NCBI GenBank assembly: GCA_902590895.1
Contig: CACIYM010000001.1
Span: forward strand, 68,477 to 132,476
Origin: an uncultured Alphaproteobacteria bacterium
GTDB lineage: Bacteria; Pseudomonadota; Alphaproteobacteria; Methylaequorales; Methylaequoraceae
Length of the DNA stretch: 64,000 bases
Direction: 5' to 3'
This document shows, piece after piece, positions 55,590-64,000 of this stretch; position 1 is the stretch's first letter, and each line of letters opens with the position of its first letter. The notes beneath the pieces are model-generated. The model worked only from the letters and a program-made list of their open reading frames with translations, made no database searches and was not told the origin of the DNA. The translations under genes were made by a program, and so were the position numbers.

Positions 55590-56127
55590 AGCAATATTAC
55601 GATCAAAATACCTGGATTTAAGAGAAAATGTCAACAACAGAATAGAAAAGGAAAAAAAAATTAATAATTTGTTAATGTCTCTTAATATTTCTTCAAAAAA
55701 GATAGTGTCTGGTTATTTTCCGGTAAGAGGGGAGGTAAATATACTTCCTTTTATTGATTTTATAACTGATAATAAAAACATAGTTTGTATGCCTTTTATA
55801 AAAAAAAACAATTATCATTTACTATTTAAAAGTTGGAAAAAAGGTCAAAAAGTTTTCAAGGGTAAATTTAATATTCCCACACCACTTAACGGAAGGTTTT
55901 TAACCCCGAACGTTATGTTGGTTCCCCTTTTAGCATTTGATAAATACAAAAATCGACTAGGTTATGGTGGGGGTTTTTACGACAGAACAATATCAAATTT
56001 AGAAAACAAAAAATCTTTAGAGACAATAGGAATTGCCTTTAATGAACAAGAAATAGAATCTCTACCTTCAATGAATTTTGACAAAACTTTAAACAAAATT
56101 ATTACTCCTAAGGGAATAATTCAATGA
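55582..56127 (+). CDS. 5-formyltetrahydrofolate cyclo-ligase
   Basis: 181 aa. VPLLAFDKYKNRLGYGGGFYDR motif. Confidence 0.75.
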   Translation: MDKAILRSKYLDLRENVNNRIEKEKKINNLLMSLNISSKKIVSGYFPVRGEVNILPFIDFITDNKNIVCMPFIKKNNYHLLFKSWKKGQKVFKGKFNIPTPLNGRFLTPNVMLVPLLAFDKYKNRLGYGGGFYDRTISNLENKKSLETIGIAFNEQEIESLPSMNFDKTLNKIITPKGIIQ

Positions 56128-56921
56128 GAGTTCTAATATGCGGTGATATAGTCGGAAAATCTGGAAGAAATGCAATAAGAAGAGAATTACCAAATCTAAA
56201 ACAGTTAAAACAAATAGATTTTGTCTTGGCGAATGGAGAAAATGCTGCAAATGGCTTTGGTATTACAAAAAAAATTTGTGAGGAATTTTACTCTTTGGGT
56301 GTTGATGTTATTACTTCTGGTAATCATATCTGGGATCAAAAAGAAATTGTAGAATATATAAAGCTTGATAAAAGATTAGTTAGGCCCTGTAATTTTTCCG
56401 AGGGCACACCGGGTAACGGGTATGCAATTTTTGAAATGAAAAATGGGGAAAATATTGTAGTGATAAATGTAATGTGCAGACTTTTTATGGAGTCTGTAGA
56501 CGACCCGTTCAAATCTATTGCTAATTTATTGGAACTAATAAATTCTAAAATAGATAGCGCAATAATTTTGGTTGATGTTCACGGCGAATCAACTTCAGAG
56601 AAGATGGCTATTGCGCACTTTCTTGATGGTAAAGTTACTGGTGTTTTTGGTACACACACCCATATTCCAACATCAGACCTCCATTTTCTTGAAAAAGGGA
56701 CTTTTTATCAAACAGACTTAGGAATGTGTGGTGACTACAATTCAGTTATTGGTATGAAAAAAGAACTTTCAATAAAAAGATTTACCCAAAAGCACTTAAA
56801 AACTAGACTCGAACCAGCTGATGGTGAAGGAACATTATGTGGTACAATTCTAGACATTGAGAGTAAAAGTGTTAAAGCATTTGAACAAATAATTTTAGGA
56901 GGTAAACTCCAAAAAGATTAA
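56124..56921 (+). CDS. YmdB-like metallophosphoesterase (TIGR00282 family)
   Basis: 265 aa. MRVLICGDIVGKSGR, ANGENAANGFG and VDVHGE motifs. Confidence 0.75.
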   Translation: MRVLICGDIVGKSGRNAIRRELPNLKQLKQIDFVLANGENAANGFGITKKICEEFYSLGVDVITSGNHIWDQKEIVEYIKLDKRLVRPCNFSEGTPGNGYAIFEMKNGENIVVINVMCRLFMESVDDPFKSIANLLELINSKIDSAIILVDVHGESTSEKMAIAHFLDGKVTGVFGTHTHIPTSDLHFLEKGTFYQTDLGMCGDYNSVIGMKKELSIKRFTQKHLKTRLEPADGEGTLCGTILDIESKSVKAFEQIILGGKLQKD

Positions 56922-56922
56922 A

Positions 56923-57672
56923 ATGGCAGGTCATTCAAAATTTAAAAATATTATGCATCGTAAAGGTGCTCAAGATAAAAAGCGAGCAAAACTTTTCTCA
57001 AGATTGATTAGAGAAATCTCTGTATCTGCCAAGTTAGGTTCACCTGATCCAACCTCTAACCCAAGACTGAGGGCAGCAATTAACAATGCTTTATCTTCTA
57101 ATATGACCAAAGATACTATAGATAAAGCTATAAAAAAAAATTCAGCTCAAGATGATAAAAATTCAATTGAGGAGATAACTTATGAGGGTTTTGGTCCCTC
57201 AGGTATTGCAATAATTGTTGAATCTATGACTGATAACAAAAATAGAAGCGCATCTGAAATTAGATCAACATTTTCAAAATATAACGGTAATTTGGGAATA
57301 AGTGGTTCTGTTAAGCATAATTTTAAAAAAGTTGGTATTATTACTTATGCAAAGGAAGTTACAACATTTGAAAACTTTTTTGAATTTTGTGTTAGTCTAA
57401 ATATTAATGACGTAATAGAAAATGATAATTCTTTTGATGTTGAAACTGATTTAGAGGTTTTTAGTCAAACACTTGAGGCTTTGGAAAATAAGTATTCAGT
57501 TCCACAGTTCTCATCCTTAGAGTGGAAACCTCTAAACACTATCGAAATATCAAATCAAGATGACGCCAAAAGTCTTCTGGTTTTGTTGGAAAAGTTAGAG
57601 GAATTGGATGATGTACAAAATGTATTTGCTAATTTTAATATCAATGAAACACTAATGGAAAAGTTAATTTGA
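56923..57672 (+). CDS. yebC: YebC/PmpR-family transcriptional regulator
   Basis: 249 aa with N-terminus MAGHSKFKNIMHRKGAQDKKRAKLF. Confidence 0.9.
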   Translation: MAGHSKFKNIMHRKGAQDKKRAKLFSRLIREISVSAKLGSPDPTSNPRLRAAINNALSSNMTKDTIDKAIKKNSAQDDKNSIEEITYEGFGPSGIAIIVESMTDNKNRSASEIRSTFSKYNGNLGISGSVKHNFKKVGIITYAKEVTTFENFFEFCVSLNINDVIENDNSFDVETDLEVFSQTLEALENKYSVPQFSSLEWKPLNTIEISNQDDAKSLLVLLEKLEELDDVQNVFANFNINETLMEKLI

Positions 57673-58172
57673 TTCGTAGTAAAAACTTAATTATGGGTTT
57701 TGATCCTGGCTTAATAAATACTGGTTGGGGTGTTTTGCAAAAAAATGATAAATTAGAAACCTGTATTGATTATGGTTGTATATCTACGTCAAAGAACGAC
57801 CATTTAGGTGTGAGACTAAAAAAGATTTATGAAGAAAGTTTGTTTTTATTGAGAAAATATACTCCAAATTGTATTGCTGTTGAAAAAATTTTTGCTAATA
57901 AAAACCCAGAATCTACAATGAAATTAGGTAAAGCAAGGGCGATGATATTTCTTGTTGCTGCTAAAGAGAATGTTGATATCTTTGAATATTCACCAAATAC
58001 GGTGAAGAAAAATTTAGTTGGTTATGGACATGCAACAAAGCTACAAATACTAAAAATGCTTGAAAGAATTTTTCCAAATCTAAAAATTGATGATGAAAAC
58101 GCCGCAGATGCATTGGCTGTGGCAATGTGTCATTCGATGCAAAAAGGGTCTAAAATTTTTTTAAGAGAATAG
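57669..58172 (+). CDS. ruvC: Holliday junction resolvase RuvC
   Basis: 167 aa. MGFDPGLINTGWGV motif. The track start is TTG 57669; ATG 57693 is an alternative. Confidence 0.85.
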   Translation: MIRSKNLIMGFDPGLINTGWGVLQKNDKLETCIDYGCISTSKNDHLGVRLKKIYEESLFLLRKYTPNCIAVEKIFANKNPESTMKLGKARAMIFLVAAKENVDIFEYSPNTVKKNLVGYGHATKLQILKMLERIFPNLKIDDENAADALAVAMCHSMQKGSKIFLRE

Positions 58173-58173
58173 A

Positions 58174-58779
58174 ATGATAGTAAAGTTAAAAGGGTTTATT
58201 GAGTTTTGCAGTGAAGAATACATCGATTTAGATGTAAATGGTATTGTTTTCAGAGTTTTTATATCAAATAAAAGTATTGATAAAATATATCCTTCTAAGT
58301 CTTTGGTAAGTATTTTTGTTTATGAAATAATTAAAGAAAATGAAAGATTATTTTTTGGTTTTTTGGAGTATCAAGAAAGGGAGATATTTTCTGATTTACT
58401 GAGTGTTCAGGGAGTCGGGGGTAAAATGGCTTTAAATATAATGTCTAAGCTTGAAATAAATGAGATAATAGGATCTATAAATAATCAAAATTCAAAAATT
58501 TTTTTAAGCGTTACTGGCGTAGGAAATAAACTGGCAAACAGAATAATTATTGAGTTGAAAGAAAAAATTAAGAAAAAATCTCTAGGTATTTCTTCAAGCA
58601 TTACAACGGTTAACAAAGACAATTTTAATGATTTAGTTTCATGTCTTTTTAATTTAGGGTACCCAAGAAAAATTTGTGAATTGACGGCAGACAAAGTTAT
58701 AAATGATAATAATCAGATGAATTTAGAAGAATTAATACCAATAGCGTTAAAATATCTATCAAAACCGAAAGTAAATTAA
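58174..58779 (+). CDS. ruvA: Holliday junction DNA helicase RuvA
   Basis: 201 aa. LLSVQGVGGKMALNIMS and VTGVGNKLANRII HhH motifs. Confidence 0.85.
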   Translation: MIVKLKGFIEFCSEEYIDLDVNGIVFRVFISNKSIDKIYPSKSLVSIFVYEIIKENERLFFGFLEYQEREIFSDLLSVQGVGGKMALNIMSKLEINEIIGSINNQNSKIFLSVTGVGNKLANRIIIELKEKIKKKSLGISSSITTVNKDNFNDLVSCLFNLGYPRKICELTADKVINDNNQMNLEELIPIALKYLSKPKVN

Positions 58780-58781
58780 TT

Positions 58782-59777
58782 ATGTCTGATGAAGAAAAAA
58801 TTAATTTAGAATCAAAAGAAACTTTGGAAGATAAAAAATTGAATTTAAGACCAAGAAATCTTGATAAATTTGTTGGTCAAGATAACTTAAAATCAAATTT
58901 GAAGACGTATATAGAGTCATCTAAAAAAAGAAAAAATAATTTAGATCACATTATTTTGTATGGTCCGCCTGGTTTAGGAAAAACTACATTATCACACATA
59001 ATATCATATGAAAAAAATGTCAATATTCACTCCACATCAGGACCAGCCTTTACGAAAAAAGGTGACTTAGTAACACTTTTGACAAATCTAGCTGAGGACG
59101 ATATTTTGTTTATTGATGAAATCCATAGGCTTTCTCCTATTGTTGAAGAAACCCTTTATCCTGCAATGGAAGATTATAAATGTGACTATATTATTGGATC
59201 AGGGCCATCTGCAAGAGTTATGCAAATTTCAATCGAGAGGTTTACCCTAATTGGAGCTACTACTCGATTAGGCTTGCTATCAAGACCCTTGAGAGACAGG
59301 TTTGGAATTCAATTACAACTCGATTTTTATAACCCGGCAGATTTAAAAAATATAATTTTATTAAGTTCTAAGAAATTTAATACAAAAATTGATGAAAGCG
59401 CAGCTTTTGAGATTGCAAAAAGGTCGAGAGGGACTCCTAGGATTGCTATTAGACTTTTGAAAAGAATTATCGATTTTTCTGTCGTACAAAATTTGCCTAC
59501 AATAACTAACATGGTTGTTGAAGATTCTCTAAAAAAAATGAGAATTGATTCAGAGGGCTTAGATGATATGGATAGGAAATATTTAAAATGCATTGCTATT
59601 GATTATAATGGTGGTCCAGTTGGAATAGAAACTCTAAGTGCTTCACTACTAGAGCAGAAAGACATAATTGAAGATGTTATTGAACCTTATTTAATGCAAC
59701 AGGGTTTAGTGCAAAGAACTTCAAGAGGGAGAATTTTATCAGAAAAGGGGCACAATCATATTCAAATAACTTTATAA
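58782..59777 (+). CDS. ruvB: Holliday junction DNA helicase RuvB
   Basis: 331 aa. LRPRNLDKFVGQ, GPPGLGKTT, IDEIHRL and RGTPRIA motifs. Confidence 0.92.
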   Translation: MSDEEKINLESKETLEDKKLNLRPRNLDKFVGQDNLKSNLKTYIESSKKRKNNLDHIILYGPPGLGKTTLSHIISYEKNVNIHSTSGPAFTKKGDLVTLLTNLAEDDILFIDEIHRLSPIVEETLYPAMEDYKCDYIIGSGPSARVMQISIERFTLIGATTRLGLLSRPLRDRFGIQLQLDFYNPADLKNIILLSSKKFNTKIDESAAFEIAKRSRGTPRIAIRLLKRIIDFSVVQNLPTITNMVVEDSLKKMRIDSEGLDDMDRKYLKCIAIDYNGGPVGIETLSASLLEQKDIIEDVIEPYLMQQGLVQRTSRGRILSEKGHNHIQITL

Positions 59778-59782
59778 AGAAT

Positions 59783-60196
59783 ATGAAAAAAATTCATTCA
59801 TCTTTAGTTTCTGTTTATTATGAAGATACTGATTTGACTGGATTTGTTTATCATACCAACTATCTGAAATATGCTGAGCGAGCGAGAAGTAATTTACTTA
59901 GAGAACATTTTCCTGAACTGCAGCAAATACTAAATTCCAACAAATTTTTTTTTGTAGTGAACCAATTAAATGTAAACTTTATAAAACCAGCATCTTTAAG
60001 TGATAATTTGACTGTTGAGACTTTTTTTTTGGAAAATTCTTTTTGTTCATTAAGTTTAAAACAAAAAATTTTTAAAAATAAAATATTACTTACTGAAATT
60101 AGTTTAAAACTTGTGTGGATAAATGGGTTGAACTCTAAACCTTCAAAAATTCCAGAAAATATAATTGCTAGATTTAATGCACTCGAAGTAGTATAA
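59783..60196 (+). CDS. ybgC: Tol-Pal-associated acyl-CoA thioesterase YbgC
   Basis: 137 aa. YYEDTDLTGFVYHTNYLKY (4HBT fold). Located upstream of tolQ. Confidence 0.8.
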   Translation: MKKIHSSLVSVYYEDTDLTGFVYHTNYLKYAERARSNLLREHFPELQQILNSNKFFFVVNQLNVNFIKPASLSDNLTVETFFLENSFCSLSLKQKIFKNKILLTEISLKLVWINGLNSKPSKIPENIIARFNALEVV

Positions 60197-60202
60197 AAAA
60201 TT

Positions 60203-60916
60203 ATGGATGAAACTATTGAAAAAAAAGTGATAGAGGAGGGAGCAGATTTTTCCATATTTTCGATGTTTCTTCAGGCCGATATTGTTGTAAAAATTGTTAT
60301 TATAATTCTAATTTTTTCTTCCGTATGGTCATGGGCAATAATATTCTCGAAGTATACCTCACTCAAAAATATCCTCATAGATTCAGAAGATTTTGAAGAA
60401 AATTTTTATTCTAGTGAAACCTTAAGTAAGTTATCAAAAAGACTTGGCTCTCAACCAACACATCCCATGGAATCAGTTTTTTTTTCAGCCATGGTTTATT
60501 TTGAAAAAGTAAAAACTGGTTTTTCAAATAAAAATAGCGAATTTAAACAGAAGTTTTGCGATAATGTAAAAAAAGAAATGGAAATTGTAATAAATAAGGA
60601 ACTTTCAACTTTGGAAAAGGGCCTAAATTTTCTTGCCTCTGTTGGTTCTACGGCCCCATTTATCGGACTTTTTGGAACGGTATGGGGAATTATGAATAGT
60701 TTTACGGCAATAGGTATATCTCAAAATACCAGTTTAGCTGTAGTTGCACCTGGAATAGCAGAAGCACTTTTTGCAACTGCTTTGGGTTTAGTTGCTGCAA
60801 TACCTTCGGTTTTATTTTTTAATAAATTTAACACTATGCTTGATGATATCTCGAATAAGTTAGATGTCTTTTCAGAAGAAATCATACTTATAATTTCAAA
60901 GGAAATATTTAGGTAA
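60203..60916 (+). CDS. tolQ: Tol-Pal system protein TolQ
   Basis: 237 aa. APFIGLFGTVWGIMNSF and APGIAEALFATALGLVAAIP motifs. Confidence 0.9.
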   Translation: MDETIEKKVIEEGADFSIFSMFLQADIVVKIVIIILIFSSVWSWAIIFSKYTSLKNILIDSEDFEENFYSSETLSKLSKRLGSQPTHPMESVFFSAMVYFEKVKTGFSNKNSEFKQKFCDNVKKEMEIVINKELSTLEKGLNFLASVGSTAPFIGLFGTVWGIMNSFTAIGISQNTSLAVVAPGIAEALFATALGLVAAIPSVLFFNKFNTMLDDISNKLDVFSEEIILIISKEIFR

Positions 60917-60921
60917 CAAAC

Positions 60922-61323
60922 TTGAAAAAAAATTACAAAAAAAGAAAATCAATTTCCGAAATAAACGTTACACCTTTTGTTGATGTAATGCTAGTTCTAT
61001 TAATAATCTTTATGGTTACAGCACCATTATTGACTGCCGGAATAAAAGTTAACCTTCCAGAAAGCACTTCTATCCTTAAAAATGAAAAAAATGATCCTGT
61101 AACCGTAACAATAAATTCAAAAGGTGAAATTTTTCTCCAAAAAAAAAAATTTTCAGCTAATGGTTTAATTAAAAAATTAAGGGCACTCAAATCACAAAAT
61201 AAAGATTTAAAGATATATATAAAAGGAGATAAAAAACTTAACTATGGTAAGGTTATGGATTTAATGAGTTTTATTAATAAATCTGGATTTAAAAAAGTTG
61301 CACTAGTTACTAAATTAAAATAA
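60922..61323 (+). CDS. tolR: Tol-Pal system protein TolR
   Basis: 133 aa. ISEINVTPFVDVMLVLLIIFMV with the conserved Asp. TTG start. Confidence 0.85.
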   Translation: MKKNYKKRKSISEINVTPFVDVMLVLLIIFMVTAPLLTAGIKVNLPESTSILKNEKNDPVTVTINSKGEIFLQKKKFSANGLIKKLRALKSQNKDLKIYIKGDKKLNYGKVMDLMSFINKSGFKKVALVTKLK

Positions 61324-61328
61324 TCAAA

Positions 61329-62105
61329 ATGACCAAAGGTCTTCTAAAATCAATGTTTCTTCATACAGGAATTTTAATGATGTTCATGTATGGTGCAGAA
61401 ATTTTTAAAAAAAATAAAAGATTTGAGATTTATGAAATACCACTTGATATCGTTGACATTTCAGAAAAAACTGTAAATAAAATTGAAAACAAAAAAAAAG
61501 CTTTTGAAAAAAAAAGCAAAAAGCAAAACGAGACTTATTCTCCTCCTTTACCAAAATCTAAACCAAAACCTCCAGAATTTGCTTTAAAAGACGAGAAAAA
61601 AAAGTCATCTGCTAAAAAAACAAAAAAAAAAGAAGAAACAAAAAAAAAGGAAGAAAAAAGATTAGATAGTATTTTAAAATCAATTGAAAAAATAAAATCA
61701 CAAAGAAAAGTAGAGATAGAAACAGAGGAGAAAGATGATGAGAAATTAGTTGATAAAAAAGAAGAAGATTTAAAAGAATTAAGTTTAGGAGATAAACTCT
61801 CTATATCTGAGAAAGATGCAATTCGAAGACAGTTTTATAGATGCTGGATTGTTCCGGCCGGAGCTAAAAATCTAAAAGATTTGTTCGTATCAATTAAAAT
61901 TAAGTTAGATAAAGAGGGAAACGTAATTTACTCAAAACTGATAAATGATAATAAATTAAACGAAAGTTTTTTTAGAGCAGCGGCTGAAAGTGCTCTAAGA
62001 GCGGTAAATCACCCAGAATGCAAAAAACTTAAAGTTCCTGAAAAAAAATACGCAACCTGGAAAGAAATAATTTTAGATTTTGATCCTTCACAAAGTATTA
62101 ATTAA
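61329..62105 (+). CDS. tolA: Tol-Pal system protein TolA
   Basis: 258 aa. N-terminal TM, K/E-rich helical domain and a TonB/TolA-like C-terminal domain. Synteny supports the call. Confidence 0.75.
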   Translation: MTKGLLKSMFLHTGILMMFMYGAEIFKKNKRFEIYEIPLDIVDISEKTVNKIENKKKAFEKKSKKQNETYSPPLPKSKPKPPEFALKDEKKKSSAKKTKKKEETKKKEEKRLDSILKSIEKIKSQRKVEIETEEKDDEKLVDKKEEDLKELSLGDKLSISEKDAIRRQFYRCWIVPAGAKNLKDLFVSIKIKLDKEGNVIYSKLINDNKLNESFFRAAAESALRAVNHPECKKLKVPEKKYATWKEIILDFDPSQSIN

Positions 62106-62156
62106 AAAAAGTAAATTTTGATTTTTTAATTCATAACTTTATAATGTTAAAATTAA

Positions 62157-63467
62157 ATGTTAAGACGCCTAGCCATATACTTTTTTTTCATATTATGTCC
62201 AGCGACAAGTTTTTCAGAACTTCGGATAGACATAACACGTGGTAATACAGAACCAATTCCAGTTGCGTTAGTACAATTAGAGACAAAAAATGATACTGAG
62301 GAAAAAATTTCATCTGATATTAGTAAAGTAATTACAAATAATCTTCAGAGATCTGGACTTTTTAAAATGCTACCGAGGAGAGTTTTTTTAACTGAAAAAT
62401 TAAACTTCGATTCAAAGCCTTCTTTCTCAGACTGGAAAATTACATCTGCGCAAGGTTTAATTCATGGAAATTTATCTGTTTCAGGTAAGAAATTAAATTT
62501 AAAATTTAGGCTCTGGGATGTTTTTTCAGAAAAACAAATGGTTGCACAACAACTAACAACTGAGACAAACAACTGGAGGAGAATTGCTCATGTAATCTCA
62601 GATATCATTTATAAAAGAATTACAGGTGAGTCAGGGTATTTTGACAGTCGTATAGTGTATATATCTGAGTCTGGACCTAAAAATAACAGAAAAAAAAGAT
62701 TAGCTATTGTTGATCAGGATGGAGAAAATCACAAATTTCTTACAGATGGTTCGTACCTTGCTTTAACACCAAGATTTTCCCCAGCTGCTCAAGAAGTTGC
62801 TTACTTGTCTTACAATAACACAATACCGAGAATTTTTTTACTTGATTTAAATACTGGTTTACAAAAAATACTCGGTGACTTTCCAGGCATGACTTTTAGC
62901 CCAAGGTATTCACCTGATGGAAAAAAATTAGTAATGAGCCTCGCAAGAAATGGTAACACAGACATTTATGAAATGAATCTTAAAACACAAAAGCTTGAAA
63001 GGCTAACGAAGTATCCAGGAATTGATACTGCTCCATCATATTCTCCAGACGGTGATTTTATAACTTTTGAGTCTGATAGAAGTGGAAGTCAGAAAATTTA
63101 CGTTATGAATTTGAAAACTAAAAAAATTAAGAGAATTAGTTTTGGAAAAGGAAAATACGCAACTCCCGTTTGGTCACCAAGAGGAGATCTTATTGCTTTT
63201 ACAAAGCTGTTGGGCGGTGAGTTTTACATTGGTGTTATGTACACTGATGGAAAGGGAGAGAGAGTAGTTTATAAATCTTATTTGGTTGAGGGTCCAACTT
63301 GGTCGCCTAACGGAAGAGTATTATCATTTTATAGTCAAACCAAGTTTTCTAAAGGGAAAATATCGTCTCCCAAAATAAAACTTGTTGATTTAACAGGAGT
63401 AAATCTTAGAGAACTAATTACCCCATCTGATGCATCTGATCCGTCTTGGTCTGGATTATTACCTTAA
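62157..63467 (+). CDS. tolB: Tol-Pal system beta-propeller protein TolB
   Basis: 436 aa with a signal peptide. Repeated P.(W/Y)SPDG propeller motifs. Confidence 0.9.
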   Translation: MLRRLAIYFFFILCPATSFSELRIDITRGNTEPIPVALVQLETKNDTEEKISSDISKVITNNLQRSGLFKMLPRRVFLTEKLNFDSKPSFSDWKITSAQGLIHGNLSVSGKKLNLKFRLWDVFSEKQMVAQQLTTETNNWRRIAHVISDIIYKRITGESGYFDSRIVYISESGPKNNRKKRLAIVDQDGENHKFLTDGSYLALTPRFSPAAQEVAYLSYNNTIPRIFLLDLNTGLQKILGDFPGMTFSPRYSPDGKKLVMSLARNGNTDIYEMNLKTQKLERLTKYPGIDTAPSYSPDGDFITFESDRSGSQKIYVMNLKTKKIKRISFGKGKYATPVWSPRGDLIAFTKLLGGEFYIGVMYTDGKGERVVYKSYLVEGPTWSPNGRVLSFYSQTKFSKGKISSPKIKLVDLTGVNLRELITPSDASDPSWSGLLP

Positions 63468-63516
63468 AGTTTCTTTGTGTGTCAAAATTAAATATCATCA
63501 AAAAAAAGCTTTATGA

Positions 63517-63546
63517 TTGACTTATGATGATACAGAATGTAAAAAT
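63517..63546 (+). promoter_or_regulatory. sigma-70-like promoter (TTGACT-17-TAAAAA with upstream TG) for the 59-aa lipoprotein gene
   Basis: TTGACTTA-N11-AATGTAAAAATGT. The same composite motif recurs upstream of pal. Confidence 0.5.
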
Positions 63547-63579
63547 GTTAAATATTAAACTTCCAAGGGTGAGTTATTT

Positions 63580-63759
63580 ATGAAATTAAAACTTTTAGCT
63601 TTATTATTTGCTGCGTTCATTGTTTCCGGATGTGGATTAACCGACAAAGTAGGTGGGGCCGACACTTTGTTAGTTGATGACTCTTTTAAAGAGATTCCAA
63701 CTCATGATAGCGTTGACTGTCGAGGTTCTTGTACTGTAAAGATTTACAACAGAAATTAA
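63580..63759 (+). CDS. 59-aa lipoprotein inserted between tolB and pal (not in ORF track)
   Basis: MKLKLLALLFAAFIVSGC lipobox, with SD AAGGGTGAG upstream. The mature 42 aa has two further Cys. Confidence 0.55.
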   Translation: MKLKLLALLFAAFIVSGCGLTDKVGGADTLLVDDSFKEIPTHDSVDCRGSCTVKIYNRN

Positions 63760-63817
63760 TAAAACGCCATTTAGGTTATTGCTAATTACTGATCTTTCAC
63801 AAAAATCAATGTTATCG

Positions 63818-63847
63818 TTGACTTACACACCCTCAAAATGTAAAAAT
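63818..63847 (+). promoter_or_regulatory. sigma-70-like promoter for pal (duplicate of the 63517 element)
   Basis: TTGACTTA-N11-AATGTAAAAATGT with spacing identical to 63517..63549. Confidence 0.5.
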
Positions 63848-63879
63848 GTATTAAAAAACTATTAATTAAGGATATTGTC

Positions 63880-64000
63880 ATGAAAAATAAATATTTATCA
63901 CTATTATTTGCATCTTTTTTAGTTATTTCTGGTTGCGAAACAATAGGCGGCTCATCATCATCAGATTCTCCATCATATGAGTACGGGGACTCAAGACAAG
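63880..64000 (+). CDS. pal: peptidoglycan-associated lipoprotein Pal, 3'-truncated by window edge
   Basis: MKNKYLSLLFASFLVISGC lipobox followed by an S-rich linker. It sits after tolB. The OmpA domain lies beyond the window. Confidence 0.6.
   Translation, partial: MKNKYLSLLFASFLVISGCETIGGSSSSDSPSYEYGDSRQ

Overview
This is an AT-rich, very gene-dense bacterial chromosome segment. Most intergenic gaps are 0-100 bp, with many ATGA/TAATG start-stop overlaps and overlapping convergent gene ends. The housekeeping content looks alphaproteobacterial and genome-streamlined: gatAB, two photolyases, a polyamine cluster, three-part pntAA/pntAB/pntB, rpsU with a divergent COQ9-like gene, DUF1013, purEK, efp, gap, ruvCAB, ybgC-tolQRAB-pal, a TRAP transporter and pyruvate kinase. 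I cannot name the organism from sequence alone. A 17.7-kb flagellar block sits at 11.3-29.0 kb: flgBCDEF; flgP-flgT-LysM-flgA-flgM-flgN-like-DUF2802-like; flhA-flhF-flhG-fliA; flgG. Its gene order and accessory genes resemble gammaproteobacterial polar or Rhodobacter Fla1-type flagella. It carries four near-identical sigma-54 promoter motifs (TGGCAT-N5-TTGC) placed correctly upstream of its operons, and a 1290-aa hook protein. The best candidate for an undescribed system is a translationally coupled triad at 47.0-51.7 kb. It comprises an ExbB/MotA-like channel, a MotB/OmpA-like protein with a ~190-aa coiled-coil insert, and an 887-aa secreted K/E-repeat protein built on near-perfect 45-bp and 87-bp tandem repeats. 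It is distinct from the canonical Tol-Pal cluster in the same window. Several small genes are missing or mis-started in the ORF track: DUF2256, rpmJ, rpsU (apparent ATT start), DUF465, a 59-aa lipoprotein and the pal 5' end. There are two tRNAs, and tRNA-Val has an odd C33. I saw no CRISPR, transposase, integrase or recognisable defence genes. All functional calls rest on motif and synteny recognition by eye, with no database search.
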